A DNA stretch of 34,823 nucleotides, taken from NCBI GenBank assembly GCA_045535585.1, contig JAZSLY010000086.1:1-34823 (forward strand). Direction: 5' to 3'. The DNA comes from Eubacteriales bacterium. GTDB taxonomy: Bacteria; Bacillota; Clostridia; Oscillospirales; SIG627. How positions within the stretch are numbered: the first letter of the stretch is position 1; the number at the start of each line of letters is the position of its first letter. This document shows positions 18,320 to 26,256 of the stretch, piece by piece. The notes below the pieces were generated by a model. It made no database searches. It was not told where the DNA came from and saw only the letters and a program-made list of their open reading frames with translations. A program made the translations under genes and the position numbers.

Positions 18320-19279
18320 GTGAAAAAGCACTCTAATATTCCGATTTTCGTGCCACATATAGGCTGTCCCAACGACTGTCTTTTCTGTAATCAGCACACT
18401 ATATCGGGCACGGGGGAATTCCGCGTGGAGACGGTGCGCGCTCAGATAGAAAGTGCCCTCGCCACAAATCCGCCCCGCCCCTGCCAGATTGCTTTTTTCG
18501 GCGGTAGCTTTACGGGAATTGACAGAAGCCTTATGACAAAGCTTCTGGAAATTGCAGGGGAGTATATAAAAACGGGCGAGGTTGACTCGGTAAGAATATC
18601 CACACGCCCCGACTATATTAACGAGGAAATCCTCGATATATTAAAAGAATACAAGGTTAAAAATATAGAGCTTGGCATACAGTCCACGAGCGACAGAGTG
18701 CTCACGCTCAACCGTCGTGGACACACCTCCCGTGACTCAAAAAGCGCTATGCGTCTCGTAGTTCAGTCGGGCTTTTCTCTGACGGGGCAGATGATGACGG
18801 GTATGTACGGCGCAACCCCCGAGGACGAGGTGGAAACGGCAAGGGCAATTTGTGAGTGCGGTGCCACCTCCGCAAGAATTTATCCCACCGTCACCTTTAA
18901 GAAAACGGGACTGGCAGAGCTTTTCCTCTCGGGTGAATATACGCCACCCACACTTGACGAGAGCGTTGAGCGTGCCTCTCGGGTATACGAGGAGTTTGAA
19001 AGACACGGCGTTGACGTCATCAGAATAGGACTCCAATCTGCCGAAGGACTCCACTCCGACGAGGTGCTGTCGGGTGAATACCACGACGCTATGGGCGAGC
19101 TTGTTCTCTCTCGGGTGCTCCTCTCGAAAATGAGGGAGCAAGCAAGAGAGATGACGGGCGACGAGCTTATATTTGAAGTGCCAAGGCATATGCTCTCACA
19201 GTATATCGGGCAGAAGAGATGCAATATTTTGGCATTGGAAAAGGAATTCAACAAAAAAGTGAGGATATGGGGAATTTGA
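18320..19279 (+). CDS. Radical SAM protein (ELP3/MiaB-like core, function unknown)
   Basis: A CxxxCxxC motif is present (GCPNDCLFCNQ). The likely start is GTG at 18320, just after the cysS stop. The ATG at 18275 would overlap cysS by 41 nt. Confidence 0.8.
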   Translation: MKKHSNIPIFVPHIGCPNDCLFCNQHTISGTGEFRVETVRAQIESALATNPPRPCQIAFFGGSFTGIDRSLMTKLLEIAGEYIKTGEVDSVRISTRPDYINEEILDILKEYKVKNIELGIQSTSDRVLTLNRRGHTSRDSKSAMRLVVQSGFSLTGQMMTGMYGATPEDEVETARAICECGATSARIYPTVTFKKTGLAELFLSGEYTPPTLDESVERASRVYEEFERHGVDVIRIGLQSAEGLHSDEVLSGEYHDAMGELVLSRVLLSKMREQAREMTGDELIFEVPRHMLSQYIGQKRCNILALEKEFNKKVRIWGI

Positions 19280-19290
19280 AATTTTGACGA

Positions 19291-19327
19291 AAAAGCAACA
19301 CGGACAAAAATCCTTGTTGCTTTTTTC
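19291..19327 (+). terminator. Rho-independent terminator after the radical SAM gene
   Basis: The hairpin aaaagcaacacgg...ccttgttgctttttt is followed by a T-run. Confidence 0.6.
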
Positions 19328-19370
19328 AGTTGAAAGCCGTATTATCAAACAAAAATTCACAAAATTCAGT

Positions 19371-19418
19371 GAAAATTCACTTTGTTCACTTGACGAAAGT
19401 GAATTTTCGGGGTATAAT
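19371..19418 (+). promoter_or_regulatory. Consensus promoter with palindromic operator-like site
   Basis: TTGACG (19390-95), a 17-nt spacer, then TATAAT (19413-18). A perfect 13-bp inverted repeat, gaaaattcacttt (19371-83) / aaagtgaattttc (19396-408), brackets the -35. Confidence 0.7.
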
Positions 19419-19446
19419 AAAAATAACATATTAGTAGGAGGCAGGT

Positions 19447-20736
19447 ATGATGTTCGAAACCGAAAACGTTGAATTTAAATTACGTCTCACAGATGAGATA
19501 TACAAAGAGGTTATTGCGTTTGCAAATACCGATGGCGGCGTGATTTACGTTGGAATCGATAACGACGGCAATGCCGTAGGCATTGATAAAGTAGACGAAA
19601 ATTACACTCGCATTACAAATGGCATTCGCGATGCCATTTTGCCGGATGTAACGATGTTCGTAAAATACACTATTCAGGAGAATGGCGTTATCCGCATTTC
19701 TGTTGGAGAAGGTTCATACAAGCCCTATTATCTCAAGTCAAAAGGATTGAAGCCGAGCGGAGTATTTGTTCGACAAGGAGCATCGTCTGTACCTGCTTCT
19801 CCCGAACAGATCAGGGCGATGATCAAGGACTCTGACGGAGATAGCTTTGAAGGTATGCGCTCTATGGAGCAAGAGTTGACCTTCAAGGCTGCAAAGGAAG
19901 TGTTTAAGCGTTACAGTATAGAATTTTCAAAAGCGAAATATCGCGCTCTCGGTATTACCGCACAAGCAGATGACTTATATAGCAATCTTGCACATATTAT
20001 TTCTGACCAATGCAAACATACCACAAAGGTAGCCGTGTTTGCCGACGAGGGAAACACTAAATTTCGTGACAGTAAGGAATTCGGCGGGTCTATATTTGAG
20101 CAACTTGATAACACATACGCATATCTTGCACTATGTAACAAGACGGCGGCAACCTTCAGGGGACTTGAACGAATTGAAAAGGTTGACTATCCCGAAGAAG
20201 CTCTGCGGGAGGCATTGCTCAACGCCCTCGTGCATCGTGATTATAGCTTCAGCGGCAGTATCATCATAAATGTGAATGATAAGGAAATAGAATTTATTTC
20301 AATCGGGGGTCTTTTGCCCGGACTTTCTCCCGACGATATTCGTAGTGGTATTTCGCAGCCGAGAAACAAAAGTCTCGCTGCTCTTTTCCACCGTCTGCAT
20401 TTAATTGAATCCTATGGCACAGGAATTCGTAAGATTTATAATCTTTATGCAAGCTGCTCTGAGCAACCGAGAATTGAGGTAACGTCAAACACCTTCAAAA
20501 TTATTTTGCCTAATATGAACAGGGCGATGCTCAAACAAAATGAAACACCCCTTACAGCGCAGATGAAAAAAATACTTGATTATATCGAAAAAAACGGACA
20601 GATTACAGAGCCCGAAATTCAAGAGCTGCTAATAATCAAGAAAACACGGGCGTTTATACTTGCAAAGCAAATGCGCGATGAAGGCTTGATAAGAGCAGTT
20701 GGACGCGGAACGGATAAAAAATATGTAAAGCTATAA
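19447..20736 (+). CDS. AlbA_2 (Schlafen-like, formerly divergent AAA_4) + HATPase_c_4 + C-terminal wHTH protein (often mis-annotated as RecG-like)
   Basis: The N-terminal block ETENVEFKLRLTDEIYKEVIAFANTDGGVIYVGIDNDGNAVGI is characteristic of AlbA_2. The middle region has EALREALLNALVHRDY (HATPase_c_4). The C-terminal segment ILDYIEKNGQITEPEIQELL is wHTH-like. Confidence 0.8.
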   Translation: MMFETENVEFKLRLTDEIYKEVIAFANTDGGVIYVGIDNDGNAVGIDKVDENYTRITNGIRDAILPDVTMFVKYTIQENGVIRISVGEGSYKPYYLKSKGLKPSGVFVRQGASSVPASPEQIRAMIKDSDGDSFEGMRSMEQELTFKAAKEVFKRYSIEFSKAKYRALGITAQADDLYSNLAHIISDQCKHTTKVAVFADEGNTKFRDSKEFGGSIFEQLDNTYAYLALCNKTAATFRGLERIEKVDYPEEALREALLNALVHRDYSFSGSIIINVNDKEIEFISIGGLLPGLSPDDIRSGISQPRNKSLAALFHRLHLIESYGTGIRKIYNLYASCSEQPRIEVTSNTFKIILPNMNRAMLKQNETPLTAQMKKILDYIEKNGQITEPEIQELLIIKKTRAFILAKQMRDEGLIRAVGRGTDKKYVKL

Positions 20737-20770
20737 GCTTTATAGTGCACTACCGCTGTAATAAAAATTA

Positions 20771-20801
20771 AAGAGTTTAGCGGATTTTCCGCTAAACTCT
20801 T
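20771..20801. terminator. Bidirectional terminator hairpin between convergent genes
   Basis: A perfect 13-bp stem, aagagtttagcgg / ccgctaaactctt, with loop atttt. Confidence 0.7.
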
Positions 20802-20845
20802 CCTTAATTTTGCGCTCATCAGCAATAAGGTTGCTTCGATAAAAG

Positions 20846-21163
20846 CTAATCCTTCGTTGACAGAATAAAGGTTTTAATCATATCTACAAGAAAAGGTCTC
20901 TTTTCTTGAGGGCAAGACATAATCAAATTGACTAGAGTGCTGTCAAGTTCCTCTGTTTCTTTGCCATATAAAATGTAGTCGACCGACAAGCCCAATACAA
21001 CAGATATTTTGCTTAAAGTCGTAACGGACATCCCTTTTATTCCTAATTCTATGTCAGAACAGAACTTTGGTGTAACGTCAAGCTTTTCGGAAAAGGCTTC
21101 TCTTGTATATCCAAGATTTTCTCTTTGCTTTCTAATTCTTGCTCCAATATTTTTCCAGTCCAT
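20846..21163 (-). CDS. XRE-family helix-turn-helix transcriptional regulator
   Basis: It has an HTH_3 pattern (IGARIRKQRENLGYTREAFSEKLDVTPKFCSDIELGIKGMSVTTLSKISVVLGLSVDYIL). The start is taken at the ATG at 21163, behind an aaggaag RBS. Confidence 0.8.
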   Translation of the reverse strand: MDWKNIGARIRKQRENLGYTREAFSEKLDVTPKFCSDIELGIKGMSVTTLSKISVVLGLSVDYILYGKETEELDSTLVNLIMSCPQEKRPFLVDMIKTFILSTKD

Positions 21164-21213
21164 AAATATACTTCCTTTTTGTTTTATAAACATAGTTTAA
21201 CCCATATAGTTGT

Positions 21214-21264
21214 AACTTTACAGAAACTTTAAGGGTTGACAAACTACAACTTTTAGGGTATAAT
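21214..21264 (+). promoter_or_regulatory. Consensus promoter and phased repeats in the divergent XRE / zinc-ribbon intergenic region
   Basis: TTGACA (21236-41), a 17-nt spacer, then TATAAT (21259-64). AACTTT(T)A occurs three times (21214, 21225, 21248), spaced 11 and 23 bp apart. Confidence 0.6.
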
Positions 21265-21325
21265 AAGTTAGACACTCAGTTTTTGTCATGTTTGGGTGTA
21301 CTTACAAAACAAAAGGAGAAATAAA

Positions 21326-21874
21326 ATGTCAACCTGTCCTAACTGTAAAACTACTTATCCCGAAGGAGCGGCGTTTTGTAATGCTTGCGGAACTAAATTA
21401 GAAGAATCAAAGCAACCGCAACAACAGACGAACGACCAATTTTCTAAAAAAATGCACTGTCCAAACTGCAAATCACACAACATTTCCATTTCAACCGAAA
21501 CCAGTATTTCGGGCGCCGTTTCCACCCATGTTGGAAGGTTTTCTTCTACAAGTGTTTCTAACACACATAGAAATTATTGGTTTTGCTCCGATTGCGGAAC
21601 AAAGTTCCGTAACATCCAAAACCTTGAGGAAGAAATTAAGAAATCTAAAAGCACACCATATATTCTTTGGGTTTTGGGAGCTATAGCAGGCTTTTTATGC
21701 GTTAGAAATTTAGTAGCATCGCAACTTAGTGCCATGGGATTTTTCCTTATTCCCTACGTTGTGGCAACTTTATTTGTTGCTGTAGGTTTCGTTGTCGGTG
21801 GGTTTGTTACAAAGAAAAAGAACAAAAAGAACATTGAAGAGCTTCAGTATTTAAAGGAAAATTGTTTTGACTAA
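21326..21874 (+). CDS. Double zinc-ribbon protein with two C-terminal TM helices
   Basis: Two CxxC pairs are present: CPNC...CNAC and CPNC...CSDC. Hydrophobic segments ILWVLGAIAGFLCV and FFLIPYVVATLFVAVGFVVGGFV are followed by KKKNKK. The start is taken at the ATG at 21326, behind an aaaaggaga RBS. Confidence 0.65.
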   Translation: MSTCPNCKTTYPEGAAFCNACGTKLEESKQPQQQTNDQFSKKMHCPNCKSHNISISTETSISGAVSTHVGRFSSTSVSNTHRNYWFCSDCGTKFRNIQNLEEEIKKSKSTPYILWVLGAIAGFLCVRNLVASQLSAMGFFLIPYVVATLFVAVGFVVGGFVTKKKNKKNIEELQYLKENCFD

Positions 21875-21992
21875 TTCCAATATTCATATGAGCATTACCA
21901 AAAACAACAAAACTACAAGGATAACGGTTGCGTTCACTTGGAAAAAGATGCTTAAAGGAAATAAAAAGTAATCGTGGACGTCGAAAAATATA

Positions 21993-22064
21993 AATGAATA
22001 GTGAATAGTTTTGGTTGAAAACCGCTTAAAAGCGGTTTTCTTCCATAATTTTTCATTATTCATT
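21993..22064. repeat. AT-rich palindromic element, related in design to 2089-2244
   Basis: The arms aatgaatagtgaatag (21993-22008) and ttcattattcatt (22052-64) are inverted. They flank the hairpin gaaaaccgc-ttaaaa-gcggttttc (22017-40). Confidence 0.6.
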
Positions 22065-22090
22065 AAAAAGGAAAGGCATAGCCTTTCCTT

Positions 22091-22837
22091 TTATAGTGTC
22101 CTAAATTCATACCCTTCGCTCTTCAATTCCCTGATAAAGTCGCCCAGCATTTTGGCGTTTGAGGACGAGGTGGGGTGAAGGAGGATTATGGCTCCGTTGT
22201 GGACTCGGTCAAGGAGCTTTCTTTTTGCCACCTCGGGCGAGAGCTGATTTTTTTCGTCCCAATCGGGTATGGCAACGCTCCAGAAAACCGTCTTGTAGCC
22301 AAGCTCGTTCGCCCAATGGAGCACCTGCTCCGAGTATGCGCCCTCGGGGGCACGCCACAGCTTTGCAAGAGGTGTTCCAAACCTTTCCTCAAACTGCTTC
22401 TCAATAGAGGTCAGCTCCTCGGCAAAGCTTTCTATATCTCCCATTTTCGCCATATTTTTGTGATGGGCGGTATGGTTGGCGCAAAGGTGGCCTTCCTCTA
22501 TAATTCTCGGCAGAAGCTCTCCCGAAACTACCACGTGCCTCAACAAAAAGAAGGTTGCAGGCACGTTTTCCTTTTTCAGCGTATCCAGTATCGACTCTAC
22601 GTTTTCGTTTTCGTAGCCAAGGTCAAAGGTGAGATAAACGCACTTTTCGTCCTCTCCGAGATAGACGGTGTTGTATTCCTCAAGCTCGGGCGCATCTACG
22701 GGCGCAGGGGGACGGGAGTGGTCGCTTGTCTTGTTGCAATACCAATGAAGCTCACGGGTCTTGACTTCGGCAGAAACGATGACGGACAAGAGAAGTGACG
22801 CCGATAATAACAAAATAATTGACTTAAAAAATTTCAC
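22091..22837 (-). CDS. pdaA: Polysaccharide deacetylase, PdaA-like (delta-lactam-biosynthetic de-N-acetylase type)
   Basis: The blocks LHW..., VYLTFDLGYEN, ATFF, GHLCANHTAHH, RAPEGAYSEQVL and GYKTVFWSVAIPDW match my recollection of B. subtilis PdaA. The likely start is GTG at 22837, 5 nt after gggaga, giving a signal peptide. The ORF extends to a GTG at 22873. Confidence 0.8.
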   Translation of the reverse strand: MKFFKSIILLLSASLLLSVIVSAEVKTRELHWYCNKTSDHSRPPAPVDAPELEEYNTVYLGEDEKCVYLTFDLGYENENVESILDTLKKENVPATFFLLRHVVVSGELLPRIIEEGHLCANHTAHHKNMAKMGDIESFAEELTSIEKQFEERFGTPLAKLWRAPEGAYSEQVLHWANELGYKTVFWSVAIPDWDEKNQLSPEVAKRKLLDRVHNGAIILLHPTSSSNAKMLGDFIRELKSEGYEFRTL

Positions 22838-22901
22838 GATATTCTCCCAAAAAATAATCTGTGGAAATTCCACAGATTTATTTTTTGCAGATTATCGCAT
22901 A

Positions 22902-23468
22902 TTAAACCGACAAATCGTTTTTCATTTTTACAATTTTTTCAAAATCCTCAAGGGTGGTCTGCTTCCTTCTCGGGTCACGGAGAATTGCGGCAGGGTGAAA
23001 TACCGCCGTTATCATATATTCCCCTTTTTTAAACCATTTTCCGTGCTCCTCGGAAATTTTGAAATCGGGATTTATAATTCGCTTTGCGGCAATTCTGCCG
23101 AGGCAGACGATTATTTTCGGCTTTATTGCAGCGAGCTGTTCCCGAAGAAAGCCGATGCAACAGTCCTCCTCCTCGAGCTTTGGGTCACGGTTATGCGGCG
23201 GACGGCACTTGATGATATTTGCAATATAGTAGTCCCCGTCGCCAAGCCCCGCATAATCTAAAAAGCCACCGAGAAGCTTGCCTGCCGCACCCACGAAGGG
23301 CTCTCCCGACAGATCCTCCTTTTCACCCGGCGCTTCGCCGATGAACATAATGGGCGCATCTTCCGCTCCACGCCCGAAAACCACGTTGGTGCGCGTTTCC
23401 CACAAGGGACACGCCCGACAGTCAAGACACCTCGCCTTTATATTTTCCAGTGCTTCTCTTTTATCCAT
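22902..23468 (-). CDS. Uracil-DNA glycosylase, family 4
   Basis: It has the CxxC...C cluster region (CLDCRACPL), [23 protein letters not shown], and C-terminal HPAAILR. The ATG at 23468 has a gggga RBS; the alternative start is 23483. Confidence 0.85.
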   Translation of the reverse strand: MDKREALENIKARCLDCRACPLWETRTNVVFGRGAEDAPIMFIGEAPGEKEDLSGEPFVGAAGKLLGGFLDYAGLGDGDYYIANIIKCRPPHNRDPKLEEEDCCIGFLREQLAAIKPKIIVCLGRIAAKRIINPDFKISEEHGKWFKKGEYMITAVFHPAAILRDPRRKQTTLEDFEKIVKMKNDLSV

Positions 23469-23581
23469 AATATATTTCCCCATAAAAAAGACTTTATTTT
23501 TTTCACTTTTTGTGTTACTATAAATATAATAATATATTTTACCCGAAAAAGCAACATAATTTTTGGAAAGAACGAAGAACT

Positions 23582-25606
23582 ATGACGAATAAAAAACCCG
23601 AGCTTTTAGCCCCTGCAGGCTCTCCCGACGCCTTTGTGGCGGCGCTGGCGTCAGGCGCTGACGCCGTCTATCTGGGACTTGGAACACATAACGCCCGTGT
23701 GGGCGCAAAGAATTTCACAAGGGAAAATCTTGAAGAAGCCCTCTATCGCGCCCACCTTCTCTCCCGAAAAATATATCTCACCTTCAACACCCTCCTTACC
23801 GACCGTGAGCTTGAGGAGGTGCTTGACGAGGTGTACCTTCTTAACAATATGGGCGTGGACGGCTTTATCGTTCAGGACCTTGGACTTATGTCGGCAATTT
23901 CACGCACTATCCCCTCGGCAGAGGTGCACGCAAGCACCCAATGCATTGCCCACAGCCTTGACGGTGTCAGGGCACTCCACGCTCTCGGCGCAAGCCGTGC
24001 GGTTGTGGCACGTGAGCTTGACCGAGAGAACCTCTCCCAAATATGTCGCAAGTCACCCATCGAGATAGAGGCATTCGTCCACGGCGCACTCTGCGTATGC
24101 CATAGCGGTGCCTGCCTTTTCTCCTCTCTCGTGGGGGGCAGAAGCGGAAACAGAGGTGAGTGCGCTCAACCCTGCCGTCTGCCCTATAAAATGGGGGGCT
24201 TTGACGGTCAGTATCCCCTCAGCCTCAAGGACTCCTCTCTTGCAGAGCACCTTTCGGAGCTATCTGATATGGGGGTCGCAAGCCTGAAAATCGAGGGTCG
24301 TATGAAAAGCCCCGAGTACGTGGGCTCAGTAGTTAAGATTTTTAGAGAGCTGATTGATATGGGTCGGGACGCTACCGAGCGTGATATGGCGTCCCTTGAA
24401 AGAATTTTCTCACGGGGCGGACTTACCGACGGGTATTACGAAAATAAGCTTGGCAAAAGGATGTTAGGCATCAGAGCCGAGCGTGACAAGGAGGAGACCC
24501 GCCGTGCCGAAAGGGAGGCAGAGGCGTTTACCCTGCCCCGTGTTCCCCTTGACGCAACCCTCGCCGTGACGGCGACGGGCGCGCGCCTGACCTTCTCATG
24601 CGCCGACAAGACGGCAACGGCTGAAAGCGCCGAGGTGGCGCCAGCCATAACTCAACCGATAGACGCCCCTCTCGCCTTCGCTCAGGTGTCAAGGCTTGGC
24701 AACACACCCTTCGAGCTTCGGGACTTTCACTTTGAGACGGACGGAGACTATATGCTCCCCAAATCCGTCATAAACGCAATGAGGCGTGAATGTGTGGACG
24801 CCCTTTTGAAAAGGGAGGAAAAGAGGGGCGAAAGGCTTCCTCTTCCGTCTCCACGCGGTGTCAGCGGAGAGGGGCAGATACTCGTCATTTTCGCACCCCA
24901 CCGCAGACCTGTGAAACGGGAAATAGACGCCCTGCTTACCCTTGGCGTCCATAGAATATATCTTCCTCTTTTCAGCAAGATTGATTTTGATAACCCCGAA
25001 AAAATCGGCGTAGCTCTCCCCACGGTCATCTTCGACTCCCAAAGGGAGAGGGTAAGGGCACGGCTTCTCGAGTGGCAAAGGGCAGGGGTCACGCGGGCTA
25101 TGGCAGAGAGCATCGGCTCCTTCACTCTTGCACGGGAAATGGGCTTCAAGGTGCTCGCAGGCACGAGAATGAACGTGTATAACTCCTACACCGCAGAGGT
25201 TTTGGAGACCCTTGGTGCTGAGGGTGCGCTTCTCTCGGCAGAGCTTACCTCCAATATAAAGAGGAAAATCCTATCCCCTCTGCCCACGGGTGAGGTAATC
25301 TACGGCAGAGCACCCTTGATGCTCCTTGAAAACTGCCTTATGAATTTGAAGGATAATTGTCGTGATAGCTGTGACGGCACCGAGTGCACAAAGGGTATGA
25401 GTGTCACTGACAGACGAAGCGTCCGCTTCCCCGTTTTTGCCGAATGCTTCCATAGATGTCAGATATACAACAGCGTTCCCACCTTCAACGCCCCTCGTGG
25501 ACGTGGGATTGAAGCCATAATCATAGTTGACGAAAAGGACGCCGCGGCAACGGTGCGCGCGGTGCTTTCGGGACAAGCGCCCGAGTCCTTTACAAGAAAG
25601 GGATAA
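23582..25606 (+). CDS. U32 family peptidase-like protein
   Basis: It begins PELLAPAGS, followed by DAVYLG, HASTQ and EGRMKSPEYV, all characteristic U32 blocks. The start is taken at the ATG at 23582 (MTNKKPELL). Confidence 0.85.
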   Translation: MTNKKPELLAPAGSPDAFVAALASGADAVYLGLGTHNARVGAKNFTRENLEEALYRAHLLSRKIYLTFNTLLTDRELEEVLDEVYLLNNMGVDGFIVQDLGLMSAISRTIPSAEVHASTQCIAHSLDGVRALHALGASRAVVARELDRENLSQICRKSPIEIEAFVHGALCVCHSGACLFSSLVGGRSGNRGECAQPCRLPYKMGGFDGQYPLSLKDSSLAEHLSELSDMGVASLKIEGRMKSPEYVGSVVKIFRELIDMGRDATERDMASLERIFSRGGLTDGYYENKLGKRMLGIRAERDKEETRRAEREAEAFTLPRVPLDATLAVTATGARLTFSCADKTATAESAEVAPAITQPIDAPLAFAQVSRLGNTPFELRDFHFETDGDYMLPKSVINAMRRECVDALLKREEKRGERLPLPSPRGVSGEGQILVIFAPHRRPVKREIDALLTLGVHRIYLPLFSKIDFDNPEKIGVALPTVIFDSQRERVRARLLEWQRAGVTRAMAESIGSFTLAREMGFKVLAGTRMNVYNSYTAEVLETLGAEGALLSAELTSNIKRKILSPLPTGEVIYGRAPLMLLENCLMNLKDNCRDSCDGTECTKGMSVTDRRSVRFPVFAECFHRCQIYNSVPTFNAPRGRGIEAIIIVDEKDAAATVRAVLSGQAPESFTRKG

Positions 25607-25607
25607 A

Positions 25608-26165
25608 ATGAAGATAATACTTGCATCGAATTCCCCGCGCCGTCGGGAAATTCTTGAAAATGCGGGCTTTGAGGTCGTGGTGGTGCCCTCCCTCCCCGAA
25701 AACGCCCCCCAAAAGAAAACGTCACCTAAAAAAGAGGTTGCCTTCCGTGCTCTTGAAAAGGGGCTGGGGGCTGAAAAGGCGTGGCGTGACGAGCTTGTTC
25801 TCTCCTCCGACACAATTGTCGTCCTCGGCAGGCGTGTCCTCGGTAAGCCTGCCAATGAAAACGAGGCACGTGAAATGCTGTCGCTTCTCTCAGGCAGGGA
25901 GCACAAGGTAATGAGCGCCTACGCCCTCTTTTATAAGGGTAAAAGGATAGTGCGTGTGGTGACCACCCGTGTCAGAATGTACCCCCTGACCAAAGAGGAT
26001 ATCGACTGGTATATCTCGACGGGCGAGAGCTTCGACAAAGCAGGCGCTTATGGTATTCAGGGCAAGGGCGCGAGACTTATAAAGGGAATTCGGGGTGACT
26101 ATTTGAACGTGGTTGGTCTGCCCTTGAGCGACCTTTGCCGTGCCATTGAAGAGATAGTAAAATAA
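25608..26165 (+). CDS. maf: Maf-like nucleoside triphosphate pyrophosphatase
   Basis: It has MKIILASNSPRRREIL, then SSDTIVVL and AGAYGIQG. The ATG lies 1 nt after the U32 stop. Confidence 0.9.
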   Translation: MKIILASNSPRRREILENAGFEVVVVPSLPENAPQKKTSPKKEVAFRALEKGLGAEKAWRDELVLSSDTIVVLGRRVLGKPANENEAREMLSLLSGREHKVMSAYALFYKGKRIVRVVTTRVRMYPLTKEDIDWYISTGESFDKAGAYGIQGKGARLIKGIRGDYLNVVGLPLSDLCRAIEEIVK

Positions 26166-26191
26166 AACGCGCAAAAACTTAACGAATATTC

Positions 26192-26245
26192 TTGACTTTT
26201 TAGGGAACAATTGATATAATAAATTGCACAAAAAGTTCCCTAAAA
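26192..26245 (+). promoter_or_regulatory. Consensus promoter with 11-bp inverted repeat upstream of the Fic-like gene
   Basis: TTGACT (26192-97), a 17-nt spacer, then TATAAT (26215-20). The inverted repeat ttttagggaac (26198-208) / gttccctaaaa (26235-45) has its right arm abutting the RBS aaggag. Confidence 0.65.
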
Positions 26246-26256
26246 GGAGTGTCAAG

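Noticed and set aside
21875-21900. Shared 11-mer attcatatgag just downstream of the zinc-ribbon gene (about 21881) and just downstream of rhuM (about 33685), considered as possible common islet end sequences.
   Set aside because: Many 11-mer coincidences are expected by chance in a 35-kb window when both strands are considered, and there is no extended similarity around them.
23510-23581. N-terminal extensions offered by the ORF track: U32 from 23510, maf from 25527, Fic-like from 26224, nifS from 29473, nifU from 30663, ceramidase-like from 7646, and the peptidase from 4639.
   Set aside because: In each case an internal ATG is preceded by a good Shine-Dalgarno sequence and begins the conserved family N-terminus. 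The extensions overlap upstream genes or regulatory sequence.
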